This document shows positions 35,901 through 47,900 of a stretch of DNA of 64,000 bases, piece after piece (within the stretch, counting starts at the first letter, position 1; every line of letters begins with the position of its first letter). A model generated the notes under the pieces. That model ran no database searches. It was given only the letters and a program-made list of their open reading frames with translations, and was not told the origin of the DNA. The DNA comes from Antedon mediterranea (taxonomy: Eukaryota > Animalia > Echinodermata). The stretch lies in NCBI RefSeq assembly GCF_964355755.1, contig NC_092670.1, forward strand, positions 6,686,201-6,750,200, read 5' to 3'. The position numbers and the translations under genes were made by a program.

Positions 35901-38900
35901 GATAATAAATAACTTGCCTATATATTTCTTATAAACCGTGATAATAATAGTACAGTCTAGTTATAGTGCGCCACCAGTTGTTTCAGCCTCGCTATTTCGT
36001 AAGAAATCGTTGGCATATTTACCAACTTTAACGGTAATTTTCTACCAAACGCCAGGTATTTTTTTGTGGAACTTTTACTTTTTGTACTATTAGTATTTAT
36101 TTAGAACAGTATATGTGGTAAAAAAGTATTATGCTTGATGAGGAACGGGATTGCTTTTCCAGGCATCATTTCAGCTTCGCCGTAAGGCCTATCAACCAAG
36201 AAGCTTATCATATAATATTTTACCCTAATATATGTGTTATATAAGACTACTAAAGATTTCAGGAAAAACAATCAGTATAAATAAACAAAACGAAAATCTT
36301 TACAAATTGGAAAATGTACTTACAGGCACAAATCGAGCTGGATTTTTAGAACAATAGGTTAACAAGCGTGTATCGGAATAATTTTTGGTGAGCATGTAGA
36401 GTGACGTCAGCCAATTGCCAGGTAGTTCAACCAAATTTTTACCCAATTGTAATTTCTGAAATAATACGGCTGATTCAACCTGCCCCCGATTCAACCAACC
36501 CCACTCTCCCCTACATCTTCTTTAGTTGTAATAATACAAAACACTCTAGTTCCATACTACATTTATTGTACTAGAGGGTGCTCATGCTTTAGTAAGTTGA
36601 GACGATGATTATTGAAATTCTTTGCAATGATAAACATTTATAATAGGCATACACAATAAAGAATCTTTATTGATCAGATAGAAAATGTGTTTAAATTCGC
36701 AAAATTACGAGACGCTCGACTAACTGTATAATTAGTATTGAAGTGCTTTGTAACGATGTACATTTTTTATAAACTAGAGGCGCGCCCTCTATGAAGTGTA
36801 GACGATGGATCTCGGAATGTTAAATATTGACTCGGGTAAAAACCTCGGTTACCATATAATTATTGATGTTTGCTTTTCGTAAAAATAAACCTAATCTGCT
36901 TGTCAGTGTCTTCTTTAGACTAATTAAGATGAGGAATATGACATTTTAAAGTACTATGTTTATTGTTGTGTTGATTCGAGGGAGACGGTTGTTTGTTGTA
37001 ATATGGTGACATTTCATAGTAAAATAAATTCCCCTAGATATGGATAAATATAACACCGTAATTAATATAATCAACGAGTGATAAATACAGTAAACAATTT
37101 TATCAAAATGCTTGGTAAATTGTAGATCAATAAATTCTACTACAAATATGATGTGGCGTTTTTTATAGGATGGTCTAGGTTGAATATGTTCCAAATAATA
37201 TTTTATGGGAGAGGAGCGTTTATTCAAATAAATGCAGTAGACCTAATTGGTATAACCAATACATTATTTAGTTTAAATCTGGTAAAACGATCAAACACGA
37301 CACATGACATGGGCCAACGCGCACCCCGAATCTAACGGCTGTACACCTGTATTCGTTATTTTTTGCAGTATATTTTCATTTTGCATAAACTTCACGCGTG
37401 GCCTGTGAAAAAAGAACAATATGTATGTCACCGCCAATGACAAACTTTGGAGGGGAGCAAAAACCCGGAAGTCGCAAAATGAATATATCAACCCGGAACT
37501 CAGTTACCGCGGACGGCTGAAAAATCTACCGATGAAATTAGACGTTTTCTTTTAAAACCCTTTATAATATCTTCCTAAGAGAGAACAATATCGTAATAGT
37601 AAACATTAATGTTATCAACTGTACGTTTCGCGGTACATCTGAAATAGATAAGGACAAGGTCAGACTGTATGGTTAGTTATAGCGAAAGCATGATCTTTGT
37701 TACGAATAACGTTCCCTCATTTTATGAATATTGGAGGAACTCCATTCATAGTTTTAAGAACAGAATTCATGACACTTATAATGGTCTAATTGAAACCATA
37801 GTTGATATACTTCCACAATCCAACTTGCATCAGCGTTTGTGCAAATTGATATTTTAGGATATTTAGGTTGTTTTTGTGAAAGCTGCTATTGTTAATTTCC
37901 TGGTGAATTTTTTTCTTTTTCTGTTTTGTTTGTTTTGTATAATGAATATACTATCCGAAAAAAAGGAATTGAATGGATGAATTGTGTTCAACTTTCTAAC
38001 TATTATGGTCAACATGATCCAACCATTTAAGCTTATAGTCGAACAACACTCCTAGGTACTTATTATTAACAATCTCTACTTCCTTTCCTTTAACGTATAC
38101 CGGAACCACAGTCAGCAGAATTATTATTTTTTCGAAAATCAATCCGCCTTTCTTTTTATATAATCGGTAAATCGAATAATCTCAGAAATGTATAGAGAAG
38201 AATTGTTAATATTAAGTCCAGCCATAGCTGAGTCGTCCGCAGGTGTTATCATTGGATAACTCGAGGATATCGACCTAATATCTGACGTATACTCAGTAAA
38301 CAAAAAAAGGTTCCAATACGGTACCTTGTAAGTTATGTGAATTAAAATGGATATGAAAGGATTTTAAAATTTCACAAAAATGACTTTGTATGAATCCTTT
38401 TAATGTTAATAAACAGCACACAAAAAAATTAGATTCAAATACCTAGTAGAAATTGAGAAATAAACAAATTAAATTTTGGTATAAAACGTCCACAAAATGG
38501 CCGACCAACTGGCACGCCATCTTAATTTTTATGAACGTTCTATACGCACGTACGAGATCGTTAAATTTAGAGTTTGAAACACCCGGGGTTGTAGCCACGG
38601 CAGCAGTCGTTTTGTGATTGGTTAATGAATTTTAATACAGTCCAATCACCGCCTTGTCTCGTTCGCGGACTGTGTGGTGTAAACAAAATAAACAAACCCA
38701 TCCTAAACGAGACTTGCGTGTTGCAAGCTCCCTGTTGCTGCACTGTAGCAAAGAATATATATCACAAGAATGAGTATTCCGCGATTTTTGCATGAGAAAC
38801 TTGTAACAGAGAGCTCCAGTGAATGATGCCCGCCCTCATAAGGGCGGATGTATACATACTAAATAAGACTTGATTTAATAGACATGATACATGTCGCATT

Positions 38901-41900
38901 AAATAGAATTATGATGATAGTTTTTGCAATTGTAAACTATTTTATAATACATATTTATTAACAAACTAGTGTTTATTCACTTTTACAGACAATTATTTAC
39001 TAACATGCTAAGTTAGTTCACAAAAAAGGCCTAACACAGCAACACCAAAAATCAACGAATATTACTCAGCACGGCATATTCTTTACCATTGCCGTGTACT
39101 ACTGTACGCCCGGTAAATTAAGTATTGTTTTTATGATATAAATTAGTATAAAACACATGCTATTAATAGGAGAAAATGTTAAATGTCATTAACATTTATT
39201 TGTTTTACCAGAAACAAGTTAAATATAGGAATATTATTAAACTATCCTTCGTGAAAACGCGTAAACACCAACACGCCCGGTCACGCTATCGTAGCGCCCG
39301 GTTGATAAAGCAAACTGTTTATACGGCAGTTTTTACTAAATAAATTGCATAAAACGAACAATTAAATATCCAAATAGTATTTAACATGATGTTGGCATGT
39401 AGTTGATAACATTTTTATCATCGGAAAATACTCCGGTGGTCCAGCCTTTGATTAGTGAAACCTTCACAAAAAGTTGTATACATCCCAGATACATCCACAC
39501 TTATGGCGGCGCCCTACCACATGGACAATATTACTGTTACAGGGAAAATCGCGGATTACTCATTCTTGTGATATATATTCTTTGACTGTAGGTAGGTAAA
39601 AATACAAATGAATTGTTTATTTACTGTATACTGTACCATACAAGCTGAAATACCCCTAACTAGGCCTGTTATAACCTTTATTACTACATTAGAGAAAATC
39701 CACCTCTATTCATTTTATTGGGAATCATATTATTTAGTATTCAGTGTTGCCTAGCCAAGCTAGGGCGGCATGTAATAACAAAAAAATATTTTAATAATGC
39801 GTTAGTCAGGACACTACAGCACACAACAATATTAATCAGCGTACTTATAAATAATGTGTATATACATAATACAGTAACACAATTGTGCCTACCATTAACA
39901 CCCTCAACGATACATCAAGGAGCATACGCTCTCAGCTCACCTCTGGCCGGGCGACCAAACACCGTATCCAGCAGTCATCACTACTAAAAAGGCCTAGGCC
40001 TCGCTAGCTCCAGGCCATGGCATTGTCAAACACCATTTACTCGTCCAACCGTTTCTTCAAAACGATGTTAACACCCGTGTTAACAAGACGATGTGGACGA
40101 ATTTCCATCAATTTCAGTTAATTACAACGAAATAATAATAAAATGAATGTTTCAATAATACGTGTATAATAAATAGCGAAATAAACATCGCTCGCGAGAG
40201 GATCGGAGGGTCGAGAGAGAGGCCAAGGTGGTCGACTCTGTGATTCTCACGCATCCGCAAAATAACTCCGTGTACCCAGCAAGATAGGCATTTGGCTATG
40301 AATTTCGTAAAAGGTGGCCTTGAAAAACGAAATTAAAATCCGTTTAAAAAAAACCATGGTTGATAATATGAATTAATTTTATTCGATTAGGCTAACATAC
40401 TTATCCAAGAATAAAAATATCAAAGCGATAAGTAATTACTACCATGCTTTTGCATCAATCAATGATTTACTGCTAAATTCCTATCTCTGTAATACAAAAA
40501 TAACTTTTAGTGACGTCACAAAAAGTTTTTCACAGGTTTCTCAGTGGCGTTTTGAGAGCGTTGTCGTCCTTCAAAACACTAAGTATGACTATGGCAAGCT
40601 TAAAACTGATTGATCTACACGTTGAGCCAATAAAATGATATTGCTAGGAACCCTTTCATATCCATTTTAAGGTAAATACAGATTGTCTGTGATGTGTTAT
40701 TAATAATTAATAGTGATCTCTGGCCGAACCAGAGTATTAAGTGTATCGTAACTGTTTCTCATGTATATTTTTAGGTACGTTTATTAAATAATGATTTCCT
40801 AATTTTTATTTAATTTAGGCGTGGATGGTTTAGCTATTGATGGAATTGGAAATAAACTTTATTGGACAAGTACTTCAGAAGACAGAATTGAAGTAATAAA
40901 TTTGGATGGAACGGACAGAACAGTTCTTTTTGACATGAAATTGGCTGAGCCACGTGCAATTAAAATAGACAAAGTAAACGAGTATGTAATGGAACTAATA
41001 ACACCTGGTTCGTTTTGTATCTTGTTTATCTCAACTTGGAGATAAACTGTTTCAATAAAAATTCCACTACGTTATGAATGTCATAACATACCATTGTTGT
41101 AGAGGCATCAACACGGCTCATTTACTATTGAAGAATGTTAGGCTTAATGTGTTTCTCTGAATGTCATTAGTGATAAAACATTGGCATCTTTCAGTATAAA
41201 ATAAAATAAAATAAAATAACAACAATAGTAATAAGTAACAAATAGTATAGATCAACTTAGATCTTCATAAAGTAATTAGTAATTTAATTTGTTAATTATA
41301 AAAAAAGATACTTGTATTGGACTGATTGGGGACCTGGAAATGAGATGATAGAGCGTGCGAAGCTAAATGACTTGAATGCCACTAGAACCGCCTTGGTGAC
41401 GACAGGACTTATATATCCAAACGGACTTGTTTTATCAGTTCCAGGTAAGTTATGAGAAACTATACATAATTATTGTATTGAGTTCAAGTGAACAAATTAA
41501 TTTGAAATGTTTTTTCAAGGACATTTAATTTTAGTAATGGTAATAATAGCAATAGACGATGGTTTAAACTATTTTTTTGTAAATTTTATTTGTGTAAACA
41601 GTTTAGTTTAGTTCGAGTAACAGACAAACAGAGAGACAAATAGATAGATAGATAGATATTTTGTATAATTATATGCTTGTTGAAAAAAAATACCGAGATA
41701 CATACTATTTTGTACAACATGCCACCGTTCTATTATTTTCAAGATGGAAAGATGTATTGGTGCGACGCAGGAACAGATAAAATTGAAGAAGCTAATCTTG
41801 ATGGAACCAACCGAACAACAATATTAGATGTAACTGGACAACACCCGTTTGCTATCGACATTTATAAAAACTATCTATACTGGTCAGATTGGATTGGAGG

Positions 41901-44900
41901 CGTGTATAAAGTTAATAGAAGGACTGGAATATCATCAAACCAAAGTATCGATGGCCGACTTAATCAACCAGGAGGTTTATACATTTTCACTGGTAATACT
42001 TGTATTTGATAAATATTTTAAAATATCTATTTCCCACTGCAAGTTCCAATATAATAGCATAAACAGTATATTAAACCGAGTTAAAATATTCTATATTTTG
42101 TTCTAAACATTACTCTTTGGACTAAAAATACGTTATGAAACTATTTGTTTTGATATTAGGATTGACACCCAAGTAATATAAAACTGATATTCTGACTTCA
42201 ACACTTTCTATAGTTTATGTAGACTACCTACCGCCACAGATTCTGGTATGAGTATGGGGAGTATGTATAGCCATACTAACCACATGTGATTTATTTTGAT
42301 GTTCCGGTTCATAACTTTTGCATCTAAACCGTATAAAACCAATTGCTATTAATTCATTAAAAACGATAAAGGTTAATGGTTAATACTGAATTCAAGCATC
42401 TTATTATGTAAATATACCTATATTTTAACTACTTTAAACACCTACTTTTAATTATCACAAATGTACTTATATGTATATTATAAATATATTCACCAATGAG
42501 ATGTCTTAGTCACACTCACACACACAAAGCCTCATGCACTTGGAACAAGCCTCTACAATATATTCGAGCGCTCTCAAACTCTCAATCATTCCTTAAAACA
42601 ATATTGACATTTCTAATATTATTTATTTATTTATTTATTTATTTGGAATTACACCTTTAGATCGGTGGCACACTTAGCACAAAGGTGCATCCTTCACAAT
42701 ATAAAATATAACAATTAACAGAAAAGTAAAAAAAGGCAAAAGCAACTATCAACCCCTATCCTACCCCCCACCCCCAATTTACATCGATACATACAGTAGA
42801 TCATTATTAGGATGAAAAGTCGTTCCAACCAAGTTTAATGCTGTCAAGAGAAATTTTATTAGTTTTTATTTCCTATGTTCAGTATCATAAAAATATTGTG
42901 ATTTCTTTTCTATAGATAATGTATTGACTATTGACTGCCCGACAAACGTCACTTCAAACAATTATATCGGAGAAGAATTTGGTTTAATACAAATTACCAC
43001 AGATGAAGGGAGTCCAACTGCCACAGTCACGTGGGATCCTCCTGTGACAAGTGACAATGGAACAGTGACTGTAGTGTCATCACCGTATGGGTCAGGTGAC
43101 ATGATACCAATCGGTACTCACGCAATCACCTTTACAGCAATTGGTTCTGCTGGCAACAATGAAACTTGTGACTTTTATATCAAGGTTGAAGGTGAAAATC
43201 TGAAAAAAAGTTTTTCAAGAATTTTATATTGTATCCTTAAGGGAAAAAAACACCAATATGAATAATCTTGGAAACTAAAAACTATATACAGTTTAATATA
43301 TCAAACCATATTTTCAATTATATAATGTATGTGGATAATCAAAGTCAGCAAATTATCCAATCAGATTAAATGAAGAACGCATGATCAATCATTACCGTAA
43401 CACCAGGTGCTCAATTCCTACAACGCAGCAATGAATCCTTCAGGTCAAACACATTTCTACAAAACCTTTATAGGTTAGTTTCTGTTTTGTTTGCAGAAAC
43501 ACGAGGAATTATGATATTGTGTTATTTGATTCTAGAATATGGAATGTTTCAATTATAAACACACATGAATGTGCATCAGCATCTTTTTTTAGCAAATAGC
43601 TAATTACTAAATATGGTGCTTGCTTTTTAAGTTCTTCCATTCTCTATTAAAACAAATGTCCTCCGAGCTTGTCTCTCTCTTTATAGCGCCCTTCCCCCTC
43701 TCATCTGAGAAGTGTCTCACTTCTCCAAATTATAATATAATAATTATTAATCGTATTATTTCGAAAATAATGAATAAATAAATATTAAACGAATAAATAA
43801 ATACAACTGTAGAGTAACCGTTTCTCTAAAAACCATGCAGGTAATTTCACAGCTCTGTCACATCTTGTGGTTTCAGGACTAGGTATTGGTTTGTTTATTG
43901 TTGGTCAGTTGTATCTTGTTTAATATTTGCGATGGCTGGATATATCGTTAAGACGGTTAAACTTTACTTGCGGTACAGAAGAATACTCTGGAGATGGGAC
44001 TTTAGCAACAACTGTCAACTATTGATTAACAGTCAAATACCACCTGCTGACACAATTAAATCTCTTTGCTAATGAGTATTACAATTATGCAAAGCAATTT
44101 GGCTTTGGCGTTTTAAATCCCATCCTAAGATTAGCGGTCTGTTTTTGTGAAACTCATGGTATAATGGGGTTACTTCAATGTAAACATTAATGCGAACACG
44201 ACATAAAATATCCATTATCTGCCTTTGCTTGTCCAATTACCTTTTCTATACTTCTTGATTTCATAAACTTGTTATTTTTGTGAAACTTTTAGAAATTAAT
44301 GAAATATGAGCACCACTATCAATTAATTCACTGACTTTGTGACCTTCTACATGTACCATAATTTGAGCATTAAAACGTTGTGGAAGACTACTAGAAACAT
44401 TATCAGAAATACTATCAGTAACATCGTCTACTATAGACATCCGTGAGGGCTTCAAAAGCGATATTAGCCCCTTCAGAAGCTGAAAATCGACCCTCATTTC
44501 CAGCTACAGTAGTTCTAGTTTTCCGGATGATGATTATGTTTAGGTGTAATATTAAGAGGGCTGCGTCCTTTAATACTACTAGGGTAGGTAGGCCTACTCT
44601 GGTGTCGTGGGTGGGTTAGAAGTGTAAGTATAATTAGAAGAGTCGTTCCTGTTGTGTCTTTGTTCAGTTCTTCACTAAGTGAAGATCGTCTGAAGTAATC
44701 ATACTTCTATAATAATTGTCACGTCTCTTTTCACGGTCACTACTCTTTGAATGATCTCTGTATCTACCAGATCGAAAGTTTCATTCGCACTTTCGACTTG
44801 TTTTACAATTTTTAAATACGCTGTCTAAGGTTTGTGCACCATATTCATAACATTTCAATTGCAATGCTGGTTGTAAACCACCAAGAAATCGTCGGAAAGC

Positions 44901-47900
44901 TAAAAAAAAAAGCGGAAAAAAAGCCATAATCAGGAAATCATCGCGAACAAAACTTCTCAAATCTGCAGCGTACAATTGTAAGGATTCATTCGGCTGACGT
45001 GGTCTAGCTAGCGTTCATCATACGTTTGAATGCATACATTTTATGTAGGCCTAACTAAACGTTATTATTGTATGTACTAAATCAAGATTTTACAATTATA
45101 AAAGTGTAATTATGATTTGATTGTTAATAATCCTTGTTTATTCCTGTTGTATTAATAAATAGATAATGAGGATCCAGTCTTGGTCTGTTCACCTAATATT
45201 ACAACTACTACAGCAGATGGATCAGATCAAGCAGTCAATGTGAACTGGACTGACCCAATAGTAAATGACAATTCTGGTGAAGGTATAACACCAACATCGA
45301 AGTACAATTCTGGAAACAATCTATTTAATATTGGCAGCACTGATGTTATATATGACGCAGTTGATAGTTCAGGCAATGCAGCAACATGCACCTTTACAAT
45401 TATAGTTACTGGTAAGCATACATTGTCTCTTCTTTCCCGCTTCTCCTTCCTACTGAAGTATCAACACTTAATCTATACAGTATATCAATAGAGAGAAATG
45501 GCAAACCGACGTCTAAAATCCGAGTGGGTATAAAATCATAACAAACCGTTGAGGGCGGCATATTTCCTATGTTTATACACGTGAATCATGGCGTCGTCTA
45601 ACCAATGTTGTTGCTGTAACGCTCATAATTCTTTTCTATTTGTGTATTTAGTCATCCATCATTCACAATCATATTCCTAAAAATATCTCATATCTGTAGG
45701 TCTACATTAGACTAGGCCTATAGTATTATAGTAGAATGGTGTTATCAAGTATTCATCACTGGCGGTAGCCCCCCTGCAGGAAGCATCACTAACCACATAA
45801 CAAAATGGCAGTTGTCAATCTGAAACTAAATGCTAGGCCTACGTCTACTAGAGATGCTCTATTTAGTCTTACTACCTAGCTAGGAGAGGCCTAGCAGCAC
45901 CCTAGCTAAAGTAGTAGTAGTACAGTATGCAATAAAGAATTTCCAATATTATTATTATTATTATAATAACCTATAATCCGTGCTAGGCTCGCTCGAGTAG
46001 GCCTACTCGAGGGTACTACACAGCATCAGCGAAACTATCTAGGGCCTAGAGCTGGGTACAGTATATAACAAAAACGCGTCTTAATTCAATCCAAATTGAA
46101 ATAAAATATGTTAAGATTTGCCCATATAACATTAAAATTGTTAAGGGTGTTGCAAAAAAAAGATACTGCTATTATGTGTGTTTTAAACGTTCTTTTCTAA
46201 CTACCTTTTTAACTCAACCCATCGGAATTTCCCATACAAAAACATGTGGCGAAATGGTTTGTTTACAATCTATACCCACTCGGTGAAACTTGAGTGACGT
46301 CATCGCGGTTCGCCATTTCTCTCTATTATGGTTAATTCTGACATATAGGCGAGTACAATGCAAAAACTTCGGTACAAATCTCCGCCTTAGATACCTACAT
46401 TATCTATCTCAGATGTACCACGAAACGTAGATTTGATAACATTAGTTTTCACATCGACGCTCTTGTTCCACTTTTGTCCACGACAAAATTTAGCGTAAAC
46501 TATCGAAATTTGTGGATATCAAAGGGTTATTTTCACACACTCGCGCTGTTGTTCAACTGGCTTCCAGGTACGTCACTTCCGGCAAAATGGCCGTTGGTGG
46601 CGCCATTCAATATTAAATAAAACATATTTTAGTGGTTCAACGTATCGTGAACTACTGAAATTAATTTGTTTTAGATATTCAACTAATCAATTATATTGAT
46701 TAAAGGCATTTACTTTACGTGAACTACAATTTGTTTTAGTAATTTAACTTTTATTGAAGGCCTTTACTTTTATGTGAACTACAATTGATTGAAATGATTG
46801 AATGATTGAAATATATATTTATACTGGGTAACCTCTTCAGTCAAAGACTGGTCTCCCAGGGGGCGGTGATCAGTGGCTATGATGTACTAATAGACCGGGT
46901 AACCCCCTACCCGTCTCGAAAGATTTACTAGGTTCTTTAAAGTACACACGAGCTAGATGTGTACACTGGACCTACGGTTTATAGTCCTTATCCGAGAAGA
47001 CTCGTTCTACCACCAGTACCATGGAGTGAGTGAGCCTCGAACCCCTGCCGATGTTATGGCTACGTAATTACGGTTCCACTGTCTTAACCGCTCGGCCACT
47101 CACTCACTGGATTTTAGTGATTGAAATGAATCGTGAACTACAATTTATTTGTTTAGATATTCAAATATCAATTATAAAGGCCTTTATACAATTTGTTTTA
47201 GTAATTTTACTAATTATTTATGCTATTTATTAATCATTTATCAAATTTAGGTGCAATTCAATGTTACTATAGGAGGCAAGGCCGACCAGGGAAACACCTT
47301 TACTATTTATCGATTATTTCTGTTGCTTGCTCTATTTATAATTATAAATGGTGTCTACTGCGACCGAAATATAAGTAGGCTACGAAAGTTGTTATTTGAT
47401 CATTTTGTTCCAAAATTAACAAGATGCTGTCATGATATATTGTGATACAAATGTTAAAGCCCCGCTCATTGCCACCCACGTTGATAAAAAATGTTTTTGG
47501 TCTCTTGGTACGGTCACGTTACAGACTGTTTCAGTGATTGATGACCCCTATTACGGTTTCCTCCTGTGTGTAACGTTTAAATAATATATATAATAATATA
47601 ATATACGTATACTGTTCTTTACAATTATATTATTTGCAATAATACCAATGAAAGTTTTACATCATTACAGGGAGAATTAATGTACATTTTGTTTACAAAT
47701 AAATAAATCTATTGAGTAACTTTTTCCTTTACGTTCCTAACCACCGATTGCTGTCAAGTGTCCATACATCATTACTGACAGGCAGTGGTGGCGCCAGGAT
47801 CTTTCCGACGCGGGGGCTAAATTCCCCGACGGAGGGGCTATACGAGCGAAGCGAGCATCGCTAGGCTGGGGGGAAGGGGGCCGCCGAGGGCCCCCGGTGG

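Larger units (their letters stand above)
30683..36191 (+). mobile_element. Academ-type DNA transposon (defective) nested in the pogo element
   Basis: Termini TAGGCCTTACGG(T/C)GAAG / CTTCGCCGTAAGGCCTA, long imperfect TIRs, 3-bp TSD TCA (30680-30682 and 36192-36194). Confidence 0.8.
27710..36511 (-). mobile_element. pogo-type (Tc1/mariner superfamily) DNA transposon carrying nested insertions
   Basis: 24-bp TIR GGGGAGAGTGGGGTTGGTTGAATC at both ends, TA TSD, subterminal GGTTG(A/C)ATCA repeats near 27894-27951, 30576-30631 and 36471. Confidence 0.9.

Noticed and set aside
36950-38340. CpG-richer intronic stretch that may be further repeat-derived DNA (similar stretches at ~4000-4400 and ~25950-26470)
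   Set aside because: No TIR, TSD, tail or coding motif that I could support by eye
40819-41992. Calling the gene LRP4/5/6 or hyalin
   Set aside because: No LDLa or EGF modules are visible and the architecture differs from both, so no gene symbol is assigned
42214-42245. Possible micro-exon (AG...CTG|GTATGA) after the propeller
   Set aside because: Either acceptor gives 32 or 23 nt, which breaks the phase-1 frame into exon 42916
43330-43861. Possible solo LTR next to the Gypsy remnant (TGTCACA end, TATA-like motif)
   Set aside because: No second LTR, PBS, PPT or TSD could be identified
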